Positions 8,234 to 16,752 of a DNA stretch of 64,000 nt are shown here, piece after piece. The stretch is taken from the NCBI GenBank assembly GCA_964560005.1, contig CAZLKB010000001.1:157216-221215 (forward strand), read 5' to 3'. Every line of letters begins with the position of its first letter. Position 1 is the first letter of the stretch. Made by a program: the position numbers and the translations under genes. Below the pieces are notes generated by a model. The model did not search any database, was not told the DNA's origin, and saw only the letters and a list, made by a program, of their open reading frames with translations. The stretch is from an uncultured Gammaproteobacteria bacterium (GTDB lineage: Bacteria > Patescibacteriota > Patescibacteriia > Patescibacteriales > GWC2-42-12).

Positions 8234-8797
8234 TTACTCTAAAACTTCTATTTTAGCTATTTTAACGCCGAATTTTATGGCGTCCGGCTTTTCTATCATC
8301 CAAACATCAACTCTGTGAGAAAATCTCTTATTCATTCTATCGCGCACTACGAAGACTCTGTCGCCGAACAGCTCCGGAATCTTAACTTTGGCGCCAAAAG
8401 GCAAGAAATTAGCCGCAATCGTATCTTCAACCCCATTTTCGCAAACATTGAAATTGTTAGCGGTAATACAGGGGGAATCATCGGTTTGACCGGCCTCTGA
8501 ATTATAGGCGGTAACCACAAAATTCTCTGACCATTTTATAGAGGTATTATCACTTTTTGGCAATTTTCCGTTAAACTCCATAAGATCAGTCGAAACATTT
8601 TCATTCGCCATGCTTTGTGATTCGGCAATCAATCCGTTATCTTGGCTAACGACAGTTAACTCTGCGGCTTGACTTGCCATAGAAGGGATGGGAAACAGTA
8701 AAAAATCAAAAAATAAAACAAAAATCAATGCAAAAATTACTTTTTTAGCTTTTTTTAGAGAAATAATTTTTTTATGATTTTTCTTTAACGCTTCCAT
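8234..8797 (-). CDS. Secreted 3D-domain (MltA/RlpA-like double-psi beta-barrel) protein, putative peptidoglycan-active
   Basis: Signal/TM N-terminus; C-terminal TAYN...GQTDDSPCITA...VAANFLPFGAKVKIP...VVRDRMN...VDVWM resembles the 3D domain. Confidence 0.65.
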   Translation of the reverse strand: MEALKKNHKKIISLKKAKKVIFALIFVLFFDFLLFPIPSMASQAAELTVVSQDNGLIAESQSMANENVSTDLMEFNGKLPKSDNTSIKWSENFVVTAYNSEAGQTDDSPCITANNFNVCENGVEDTIAANFLPFGAKVKIPELFGDRVFVVRDRMNKRFSHRVDVWMIEKPDAIKFGVKIAKIEVLE

Positions 8798-9170
8798 ATT
8801 GGCTAGCTATAAATAATTTTCCAAATAAAAATCCCTATCCTGTCCTCCGTAGGATTATGATAGGGATTTTCTTGTCTGATAATATTAGTTTATCACAGAT
8901 AAGATCTTAAGTCAATCTTCGTAAATTAATATATCTAATATTAGCAAATTTTGTATAAAAAACCGAAAAAATAGCATAGTAAATTATAGCGAAACTTGCT
9001 TTTTTTTGCACTTTATGCTATGATATTAAATCGGTTCTTTAAAAATTTTCTTAAATTACCCTGAAAAGAAGATTATATCATCACCCTAAGCAACACATTT
9101 ATGAGATTTCGTTTCTGTAGTCTCCTGTTCGGGGTAATTTAAACAAAACAAACACAAAATAAAAAAAGTT

Positions 9171-9737
9171 ATGAAATCAAAGAATCTAATTCTTATGTTT
9201 GCCGCAGTGTCAATATTGCTCCTATTCTGTGGGTGCGCCCAGGTAGGCCCGGCAATGGTAAGCCCCGCTGTCTACAAGAGCAGCCGGGATGTCATGGTGG
9301 CTAATAACCAGGCCGCAAAACTAGACACAGAGCTTGAGAAGTCGCGCGCTAGCGCTTGGAATCAGGTGGCTTTAAATGAAATTCAGGGGAAAGCCACAGG
9401 CAACGGGAAAGACGCGGTGATCACCGCGGATGGCGTACTAGGAGGATTCTCCTGCATTTTCATTAACGACTCCCAGCAAAATAAAACGCTTACCATACAG
9501 AAAGTCGGGGGCTTTCTTAATGGGAAAAAGTTCAATTTTGAACTAACAAGCCGCGGTGGCCTGAAAAAATACAAGCTGCCGTCAGGCGACTACACCTGCC
9601 GCTGGACTACGGAATACTCGAGCCAGCGCTACCCAGTTGCTGGACCGGCACATTTCCGGGTAACGGTAGACCCCCACTTCTATTATGGAAGAACAGGGGA
9701 AAATTTCCACGGGGGATATAGGCTTTACGGCTATTAA
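9171..9737 (+). CDS. Hypothetical exported protein, possible lipoprotein
   Basis: N-terminus MKSKNLILMFAAVSILLLFCGCAQ is lipobox-like; followed by terminator 9755-9788; visibly more GC-rich than its neighbours. Confidence 0.4.
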   Translation: MKSKNLILMFAAVSILLLFCGCAQVGPAMVSPAVYKSSRDVMVANNQAAKLDTELEKSRASAWNQVALNEIQGKATGNGKDAVITADGVLGGFSCIFINDSQQNKTLTIQKVGGFLNGKKFNFELTSRGGLKKYKLPSGDYTCRWTTEYSSQRYPVAGPAHFRVTVDPHFYYGRTGENFHGGYRLYGY

Positions 9738-9754
9738 AGCCGTACTCAACTCAA

Positions 9755-9788
9755 AGGGAGCGACCTGATAGGCGCTCCCTCTTTTTTT
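9755..9788 (+). terminator. Rho-independent terminator
   Basis: agggagcg-acctgatagg-cgctccct followed by cttttttt. Confidence 0.75.
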
Positions 9789-9802
9789 AAATTAATTTTA
9801 TC

Positions 9803-10237
9803 CTACAATGGCTCACCGCCGCCGCCTCCGCTCCCGCTGCCTCCTCCCGGCAAATTGCTAAACACAAAATAAGTTATGGAATAAGCCGCGATAATAATAA
9901 TTAAACCGATAACCGCCCGAACTAAAGTATCTTTGGCCATAGTTACTTTATTTTCATCGCCCTGCGCCGTCATCCAGTTAAAACCCGCATAAATAATTAA
10001 GACCAAAAAAATTACGCCTAACAGCCCCAGAAAAGCGGTAATCGCATATTTAATTATTTCGGCTAGGGTGGTCGGCGTGGCCTGAACCCAGCCGGCCTTT
10101 AAGCCTGTTTTATTAAGCTGATCCTTTAGATCCGCCTGCGTACTGGCATCTACCGGCGATAAAAAAATTGAAAAATTAAATAAAACAATCGCTATCATTA
10201 AACCATTAAGAATAAATTTCCAATTTTTTTTAAGCAT
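9803..10237 (-). CDS. VirB2/TrbC-like pilin paralogue 2
   Basis: Signal peptide, divergent ectodomain, IYAGFNWMTAQGDENKVTMAKDTLVRAVIGL between two TM helices, Gly/Ser tail. Confidence 0.6.
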   Translation of the reverse strand: MLKKNWKFILNGLMIAIVLFNFSIFLSPVDASTQADLKDQLNKTGLKAGWVQATPTTLAEIIKYAITAFLGLLGVIFLVLIIYAGFNWMTAQGDENKVTMAKDTLVRAVIGLIIIIAAYSITYFVFSNLPGGGSGSGGGGGEPL

Positions 10238-10247
10238 ACTGAAATTT

Positions 10248-10655
10248 TTAAGTTAATATGCCGGTAGTGGTCAGTAATTTATCAAATACCCAATAGCTGA
10301 TGGCATAAGCGGCGATAATTATAATCAATCCGATAATCGCCCGCTGGATGGTTTCTTTGGCTTTATTGACCTTGTCTTCATCGCCTTGCGCGATCATCCA
10401 ATTATAGCCGGCGTATATTATATAGACCAAGAATAGCACGCCTAAAATTCCCAGCATTGCCTGAATAATCAAACCAATAATTCCAGCCAAGTCGTTTTGG
10501 CCTTCAGCTATAGGTTGGTAAGGCGCGTTGCTAAAACCCGTACCGACATTTTTTAAATTATTAGTTGATTGGCTCTCGGCTAAAACTAAGGATGGCATAA
10601 CCAGGAACGCCATTAAGCAGAAGGAAGCTATTATATGTTTTATTATTTTTTTCAT
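10248..10655 (-). CDS. VirB2/TrbC-like pilin paralogue 3 (start re-assigned to MKKIIKHII)
   Basis: IYAGYNWMIAQGDEDKVNKAKETIQRAIIGL. The first 51 codons of the ORF-track version (to 10808) run through palindromic repeat 10669-10809 and look non-coding. Confidence 0.6.
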   Translation of the reverse strand: MKKIIKHIIASFCLMAFLVMPSLVLAESQSTNNLKNVGTGFSNAPYQPIAEGQNDLAGIIGLIIQAMLGILGVLFLVYIIYAGYNWMIAQGDEDKVNKAKETIQRAIIGLIIIIAAYAISYWVFDKLLTTTGILT

Positions 10656-10668
10656 ATGGAATTTTAAT

Positions 10669-10809
10669 TTGTCATTCCCGCCCGTCTCGCCGTAGCGTAG
10701 CCGAGGCGGACGCAGGCACCCTGTTTTCTTTTTCAGCACCGAGGAGCAATCCAGGAGGTGTAGCTTAAGACATGTTTCTAGATTCCGGCTCGGAGGCCGG
10801 AATGACAAG
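10669..10809. repeat. GC-rich palindromic element bounded by TTGTCATTCC ... GGAATGACAA
   Basis: The right module gattccggctcggaggccggaatgacaag (10781-10809) recurs at 53451-53480 and 56843-56902; the left end is ttgtcattcccgcccg. Confidence 0.7.
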
Positions 10810-11250
10810 ATAAGAAATTGTCCTGCCGGCGCTCGCCCCCTTTAAGGTTCCTTTCTCCAGCCTGGACATGACGAACATGCTGATGGCGTAAGCGGCAATA
10901 ATTATAATCGCGCCCATGATCGCCCGCCTAATCGTATCCTTAGCCTTGGTAACTTTATCTTCTTCGCCCTGGGCGGTCAGCCAGTTGTAGCCGGCGTACA
11001 AAATATAAACCAAGAGCAATACGCCGATAATGCTTAAAAATATATTGATAATGGTTTGGACTAAAATTAGAGCGCTATCGTCATTACCAAGATCATACCC
11101 GGCTCTCTCGCCCACAATCCCCACGTCCACGCCTATGCCGTCTTTTACATTATTTTTTATAAGACCGGCATTAGCCTGATCGATAAAAACAAATATGGTC
11201 AAGAAAAAAGCTACAGCTAAAATTCCTATTTTTAAAAATTTTTTACGCAT
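10765..11250 (-). CDS. VirB2/TrbC-like pilin paralogue 4, C-terminus encoded by the repeat element
   Basis: LYAGYNWLTAQGEEDKVTKAKDTIRRAIMG. It has an unusually long tail ...LVIPASEPESRNMS read from the GGATTCCGGCTCGGAGGCCGGAATGACAAG element. Confidence 0.55.
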   Translation of the reverse strand: MRKKFLKIGILAVAFFLTIFVFIDQANAGLIKNNVKDGIGVDVGIVGERAGYDLGNDDSALILVQTIINIFLSIIGVLLLVYILYAGYNWLTAQGEEDKVTKAKDTIRRAIMGAIIIIAAYAISMFVMSRLEKGTLKGASAGRTISYLVIPASEPESRNMS

Positions 11251-11263
11251 ACTTTAAAAGAAA

Positions 11264-11638
11264 TTAAAACAATCTGCTGAAAACAAATCTCCAGATGGCG
11301 TAAGAGCCGACGACGATTATAAGTCCGATAATTGATCTGGTAATCGTATCCTTGGCTTTGCTGACTTTATCTTCATCGCCCTGCGCGGTCATCCAGTTAT
11401 AACCGGCGAAAATCATCAATACCAAAAAAATTATACCGATTAAGCCTAAGGCTACGCCTATTACGGTTCCAATGATTTCGTCCAGTGATAAAATAGTCGC
11501 CTGATTATAGGGTCCTTTTACGGTCGCAACATCATCTAATTCCAGTAGCGGAGGATTGGCGGCCAAAACCAACCGGGGCAATGCCAATACCGCCATTAAA
11601 CCAATTAGGGTTATTAATTTATTATACAGCTTTATCAT
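11264..11638 (-). CDS. VirB2/TrbC-like pilin paralogue 5
   Basis: IFAGYNWMTAQGDEDKVSKAKDTITRSIIGL between two TM helices. Confidence 0.6.
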   Translation of the reverse strand: MIKLYNKLITLIGLMAVLALPRLVLAANPPLLELDDVATVKGPYNQATILSLDEIIGTVIGVALGLIGIIFLVLMIFAGYNWMTAQGDEDKVSKAKDTITRSIIGLIIVVGSYAIWRFVFSRLF

Positions 11639-11664
11639 ATAATAATACTGAAAGAATTGGTAAA

Positions 11665-12153
11665 TTATTTAAACACTTTGGAACCAACTACATTAACAAC
11701 CGACCAGCTGATTACATAAGCGGCCAACACCACAATCAGCCCGATAATGGCATTGGTAATCGTCTGCTTGGCTTTTTCTACTTTCTGTTCATCGCCCCGC
11801 GCCGTCATCCAATTATAACCGCCGTAAATCGCTAAAACCAAAAAAATAATACCCATAAAGCTTAATACCATGGTTATAACCTGGCCAATGATGCTTTTAA
11901 AAGTTGCCGTGTTATTAAAGCCGGCGCCCTGGACGGCCACGGCGTCTAGCGGTGAACCTGTATTAGTATTAAAAGCATTGCCTAGTCCGGTAGTTGATGG
12001 ATTAACTCGTTTAATATAATTATCATAAGACTCGCCGCCCACCGGTTCTTGGTCTTGAGCTAACGCCGAGGTAACTAAAAACACTGAAAAAATAATCAAA
12101 AAGAACAAAATAAAAATTGATTTAACCGTCTTTATGTTGTAACGAATTGCCAT
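11665..12153 (-). CDS. VirB2/TrbC-like pilin paralogue 6
   Basis: IYGGYNWMTARGDEQKVEKAKQTITNAIIGL; overlaps the upstream paralogue by 22 nt. Confidence 0.6.
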   Translation of the reverse strand: MAIRYNIKTVKSIFILFFLIIFSVFLVTSALAQDQEPVGGESYDNYIKRVNPSTTGLGNAFNTNTGSPLDAVAVQGAGFNNTATFKSIIGQVITMVLSFMGIIFLVLAIYGGYNWMTARGDEQKVEKAKQTITNAIIGLIVVLAAYVISWSVVNVVGSKVFK

Positions 12154-12524
12154 AAGGGTATGATTAATTTAACTATCGCGTAAGCGGAAAAAATTACTAT
12201 TATTGCAATAATAGTATTGGTTATTAAGGCTTTTGCCTTCTCCACTTTCTGCTCTTCGCCCCGCGCCGTCATCCAGGTATAACCGCCATAAATTAATATC
12301 ACCATGGCGATTACGCCTATAAACACCGGCGCTAAAACCCCGCCCAGCATTTGTACGAAGAAGGCTCCGGGGTTTGACTCCGCTTTCGCTACCGGATAGC
12401 CGGCCTCTAAGCTGGTGTTCTTTAAACCGTCGGAAAATGAAGAACCGGCGGCGGCAACCGGTAAAACCTGAAAGGCGAAAACTAGTAAAACTATTAATAC
12501 AAAAAACTCGCTAACCTTTTTCAT
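12132..12524 (-). CDS. VirB2/TrbC-like pilin paralogue 7
   Basis: IYGGYTWMTARGEEQKVEKAKALITNTIIAI. Confidence 0.6.
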   Translation of the reverse strand: MKKVSEFFVLIVLLVFAFQVLPVAAAGSSFSDGLKNTSLEAGYPVAKAESNPGAFFVQMLGGVLAPVFIGVIAMVILIYGGYTWMTARGEEQKVEKAKALITNTIIAIIVIFSAYAIVKLIIPLWQFVTT

Positions 12525-12541
12525 AAAACCGGGCTTTAAAA

Positions 12542-12964
12542 TTACTTAAGCGCGTTACTGAAAACATCAGCTATAACTTTAGTAATAGCGTAAGCGCCTA
12601 AAATCACAATCAGGCCCAAGACCGAACCGATGATAGTCTCTTTGGACTTGGTAATTTTCGCTTCATCTCCCTGCGCCAGCATCCAGCCGAATCCGGCCCA
12701 GACAATCAGGCAGAAAAAAATAACTCCGACAAAGGCTAAGATCGCGCCCACGACTTTTCCGATGATGGTCGGCAGATCGGTTTGACTGGTCTGTATGCCG
12801 CCTGTATTGGCCGTATTAACCAGGCCGCTTATCGCGCTATCCACTCCGTTCGCACCGGCCGCGAAAACTACCGGCGCCATTAGTAAAAAAAATATAACAA
12901 TCATTAGGCTGCAGAAAATTATACTATATTTTGAAGTTAAAGACATAGAAAGTTTAAAATGCAA
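12542..12964 (-). CDS. VirB2/TrbC-like pilin paralogue 8
   Basis: VWAGFGWMLAQGDEAKITKSKETIIGSVLGL. Confidence 0.6.
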   Translation of the reverse strand: MHFKLSMSLTSKYSIIFCSLMIVIFFLLMAPVVFAAGANGVDSAISGLVNTANTGGIQTSQTDLPTIIGKVVGAILAFVGVIFFCLIVWAGFGWMLAQGDEAKITKSKETIIGSVLGLIVILGAYAITKVIADVFSNALK

Positions 12965-13211
12965 AAATTAAAATGAAAAATGCTAGCTCCGCTAGCACCC
13001 CGCAGATGCGGGGTCATTGCAGAGCAATGACAATGCAAAATTCAAAATTAATAAATGATTTTACATTTTGAATTGTCATTTTGATTTTTGCATTTTACAT
13101 TTTTAACTTTTATCGCTACTCTGCCCGCGAGCCCAGGCTCCCGTTCAGAGTAGCGGTCCCCAATAAATTGAGGACGCGCTTTTCTCAACACCATACCGGT
13201 ATTGAGAATGA

Positions 13212-13643
13212 TTAGGGGTTAGTAGTGGTAACATTAACGAGCTGTGTAATAACAAAGTTAGCGATAGCGTAAGCTAATATAACGATTACTAAACCAATCA
13301 GGCCGGCGATTAGCATTTTTTTAGCCGCGCCAATCTTATCTTCACTACCTCCGGCAGTCATCCATTTGAAACCGGCGATTAAAATAATAATTACTGCAAT
13401 GATACCTAAAAAGCCCATTATCCATCTTATAATAGATGTTATGGTACTATATGCATCTAGACCGCTTCCTGCCAAACCCGCATCTTCAGCAAATTGTGCC
13501 CCGTTAGGATCAGGGGTACCATTGGCATTCCAATAGTTATCAGCACTAACAGCTAAAGCTGGCAGAGAAAAAGCAAAAACCGGAGTTAGAATCAATAAGG
13601 CCATAACCAAGCCTAAACCTTTTTTCATTAATTTTTGTCTCAT
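13212..13643 (-). CDS. VirB2/TrbC-like pilin paralogue 9 (recent tandem duplicate of paralogue 10)
   Basis: LIAGFKWMTAGGSEDKIGAAKKMLIAGLIGL; GGAGGTGAAA Shine-Dalgarno sequence upstream; near-identical to 13831-14250. Confidence 0.65.
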   Translation of the reverse strand: MRQKLMKKGLGLVMALLILTPVFAFSLPALAVSADNYWNANGTPDPNGAQFAEDAGLAGSGLDAYSTITSIIRWIMGFLGIIAVIIILIAGFKWMTAGGSEDKIGAAKKMLIAGLIGLVIVILAYAIANFVITQLVNVTTTNP

Positions 13644-13830
13644 ATTTCACCTCCGATCAAAGTCAACACAAATATAACAAAAAATGATTTGTTTATACCT
13701 GTGTTAGTGAAGTTATTAAAATATCATCTTGTTTTTATCGCTACTCTGCGCGCGAGCCCAGGCTCCTGTGCAAGGTAGCGGCCCCCAAGTGATTGAGGGC
13801 TCGCTTTTCTTAATACCGGTATTAAGAATG

Positions 13831-14250
13831 TTAAGCAGCAGTAGTAGTAACATTAACGAGCTGTGTGATAACAAAATTTGCGATAGCATAAGCCATTATA
13901 ACGATCACCAAACCTATCAAACCGGATATTAATAATTTTTTAGCCGCGCCAATCTTGTCCTCGCTGCCTCCGGCAGTCATCCATTTGAAGCCGCCGATTA
14001 AGATAACAATCACCGCGATGATGCCTAAAAAGCCCATTATCCATCTTATAATAGATGTTATGGTGCTATATGCATCAAGGCCGCTTCCTGCCAAACCCGC
14101 ATCTTCAGCAAATTGTTCTCCGTTAGTATCAGGAGTACCATTGGCATTCCAAAAGTTATCAGTACCTGCAGCAAAGGCTGGCAGAGAAAAAGCAAAAACC
14201 GGAGTTAAAATCAATACAGCCATAACTAAACCCAATATTTTTTTTCTCAT
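13831..14250 (-). CDS. VirB2/TrbC-like pilin paralogue 10
   Basis: LIGGFKWMTAGGSEDKIGAAKKLLISGLIGL; GGAGGTGAAA Shine-Dalgarno sequence upstream. Confidence 0.65.
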   Translation of the reverse strand: MRKKILGLVMAVLILTPVFAFSLPAFAAGTDNFWNANGTPDTNGEQFAEDAGLAGSGLDAYSTITSIIRWIMGFLGIIAVIVILIGGFKWMTAGGSEDKIGAAKKLLISGLIGLVIVIMAYAIANFVITQLVNVTTTAA

Positions 14251-14482
14251 GTTTCACCTCCCTTCTAAATAACGAATATAATGCAAATTAATCAAAAATT
14301 TATACGAACTTATAAAATGAAAATATAAAATTCGTATTAATTTTATTTAATTCGCGTGTTTATCCGTTTTAATTCGCTTTTAATTCGTAATTAACTTATC
14401 AACCTTAATTATATTTTACCATAAAAGCCAAAAACTACCAATACCCCATATCTTATTATTGCCAACAATCCGCCCAATTCAG

Positions 14483-16051
14483 CTATTTCATCTCGTAAAT
14501 CAACAATTTCTCATTTTTAAAAACCAGCTCAACCTCTTTATGCAGATTATTTAAAGTCTTAACTAAACGATTGTTTTCATAATTAGACACCACTGCATAT
14601 TTGGCGCGAAAAACGGTCTTAATAGCCAGGGGAACATACTTTATCTGCTCGGCCGGACTTAAATTTAGGCAAGGCTTTGGCTGATCGCAATACAGGCCTT
14701 GAGCGCTGATATTTCGCCAAAGCCAATAGGCCTGCGGGTCGTATTCATACGATAAAGTCGGGTCCATGCCAATAATATAATGATTATAATCATTATAGAA
14801 AAACATCATCGGCCACATATCCCATCTATCATAAAATACCATTGAATCCTCTTTCGTATTAGCTTTTAGCCAATTATTAGCCTGTTCGAAATTCGCGCCA
14901 ATCTTATCCGTGTCGTTATAATAAAAATAATATAAAACATTGCTTAAATTATAAAAAATAATAACAGCCAGCATGCCAACTAAAAAAAAGCCGATGATCT
15001 TAAAATTTATTTTATTGGCTAGCCAATTCTTAATATACACAAATTCTCGGCTGGCCGAAAAATCTCTAAACATAACCGCGGCGAAAATAAAAGTTAGCGG
15101 CAGCCAATATTCTACTCCGCGCTGCACCAATAAGGCCAGTGGAAACCACAGGCTGGAATATAAAAACAAAAAATTGCCGGTGGTTGAATTTTTAATATGC
15201 TTCTTTGATGACAAAAATAAAACTACGGCTAAGATATAAAACGACAGAGCTAAAAAATTATTTAATAAAAAGTCAGGGAAGTCCATCAATCTTATTTCGC
15301 CGCCGACATTTAAATTAACGCCGGTTAATTTAAGGTAAAAAATCTTAAAAGATACGATAATCATCACATATATATAATTCAAACTGCCCGGATGGATTAC
15401 TATACCGGCTAAAATTCCGCCGGCAGAAGCGATCAGTGGCTTTAAATTAACCCGATTATTAGCGTAAGCGTCTGCCATCGTATAAATCAAAGCCATCAGT
15501 ATTATCAATGGCGCTAAGTGATAACAGAGGGCGTATAATACGGTTAAAATAAACAGCAACCGATTCTTGCCCTTAACTAAAAATAAAAAAGCCAACGGAA
15601 AAACTATCATTGATAGCAGATGCGGCCTTCCAAATAATAATCTATAACTGAAGATAACTGAAGAAGAAAACAAAAAAAGAGTCCAAACTAATGGATATTT
15701 TACCTTTAAACTACGCAAAACTAAATAAAAGACTAAAAAGATTAAAGCGGCTAAAAAGCTAACGAAGACCTTAGCCCCGGCCATTAGACCGAACCAGTGG
15801 ATAAACAAAGCCATAGCTAAATGAAAGCCCCACCAAATATCGGTCGGCGCGTAATTTAAAAAGTGAAACTCCAACCACGGTTTTACTAAATTAAGCTGGC
15901 CGCTTTGCTCTATTAAAAAAGCGTGCTTGGCGTGATAATACGGATCATCGGTAGAGGTAAAGCCCGTTATTGAAAAGTGGGCTAGAAAAAAAATAGAGAA
16001 AAATACTATAAAAATTAAAAATGATTTTATGATTTTATTATTGAAAATCAT
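14483..16051 (-). CDS. Polytopic GT-C-fold glycosyltransferase with STT3/AglB-like motifs (function unproven)
   Basis: 522 aa, about 11-13 TM. The first loop carries TSTDDPYYH (aa 32-40). After the last TM comes ANNWLKANTKEDSMVFYDRWDMW (aa 391-413), resembling the STT3 ..WLxxNTxxDaxVxsWWDYG region. Confidence 0.5.
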   Translation of the reverse strand: MIFNNKIIKSFLIFIVFFSIFFLAHFSITGFTSTDDPYYHAKHAFLIEQSGQLNLVKPWLEFHFLNYAPTDIWWGFHLAMALFIHWFGLMAGAKVFVSFLAALIFLVFYLVLRSLKVKYPLVWTLFLFSSSVIFSYRLLFGRPHLLSMIVFPLAFLFLVKGKNRLLFILTVLYALCYHLAPLIILMALIYTMADAYANNRVNLKPLIASAGGILAGIVIHPGSLNYIYVMIIVSFKIFYLKLTGVNLNVGGEIRLMDFPDFLLNNFLALSFYILAVVLFLSSKKHIKNSTTGNFLFLYSSLWFPLALLVQRGVEYWLPLTFIFAAVMFRDFSASREFVYIKNWLANKINFKIIGFFLVGMLAVIIFYNLSNVLYYFYYNDTDKIGANFEQANNWLKANTKEDSMVFYDRWDMWPMMFFYNDYNHYIIGMDPTLSYEYDPQAYWLWRNISAQGLYCDQPKPCLNLSPAEQIKYVPLAIKTVFRAKYAVVSNYENNRLVKTLNNLHKEVELVFKNEKLLIYEMK

Positions 16052-16055
16052 AATT

Positions 16056-16724
16056 TTAAAACAGTCTTTTATAAAAAATCCAAGCTAGATTTTTAATGCC
16101 GTCTACCCATTTGTTTAGCTTTACTTCGCCCAATCTTTCGTGGTATAAAATTCCGATCTCCGCAAATTTATATTTATTTTTTATTACTTCTATTTTTATC
16201 TCTTGAGAAAAAGCCATGCCATCGCTTTTTAGTTTAATTTTTTCCAAGATTGCCTTTCTAAATACCCACATGCCAGACTGAGAATCTTCTAAAGACTTTA
16301 AAAACAACAATTTCATTATTTTAGTCAAAATTATATTACCTAAATAATTAATTTTTTTCATGGTCTTCGGACGGCCATTACCTAGGCGGTTAGCGGAAAT
16401 AAAATCCAAATTCCTATCCTCTAAAATTCCAACTAATCTCCTTATTTCCAACACTGGATAAGTATTGTCGCCATCAATGGCAACAATAATTTCATTAGTA
16501 ACATTTTTAAATCCCTTTTTATAGGCGGCGCCATAGCCTTTTTTTTTCTCCTCAACGACTCGGCAACCATAACTTTCAGCAATTTTAATCGTATTATCAG
16601 TACAATTATTATCAACCACGATAATTTCATCTATGTATGACAAATCATTTTTAAAAAGTTCGGCCAAGCCAGCTTCCTCGTTATAACAAGGAACAACTAA
16701 TGAAATTTTTTTATTATTTATCAT
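16056..16724 (-). CDS. GT2 glycosyltransferase, Dpm1/GtrB-like polyprenyl-phosphate sugar transferase
   Basis: ISLVVPCYNEEAGL, VVDNNCTDNT and AIDGDNTYP (DxD) motifs. Confidence 0.75.
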   Translation of the reverse strand: MINNKKISLVVPCYNEEAGLAELFKNDLSYIDEIIVVDNNCTDNTIKIAESYGCRVVEEKKKGYGAAYKKGFKNVTNEIIVAIDGDNTYPVLEIRRLVGILEDRNLDFISANRLGNGRPKTMKKINYLGNIILTKIMKLLFLKSLEDSQSGMWVFRKAILEKIKLKSDGMAFSQEIKIEVIKNKYKFAEIGILYHERLGEVKLNKWVDGIKNLAWIFYKRLF

Positions 16725-16752
16725 CTGAATAATTTAATATTAATCAAAAATG

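Noticed and set aside
10656-10808. N-terminal 51 codons of the ORF-track version of pilin paralogue 3
   Set aside because: This stretch runs through the GC-rich palindromic element. All other paralogues begin with a Lys-rich signal peptide, and one begins here at MKKIIKHII (10655).
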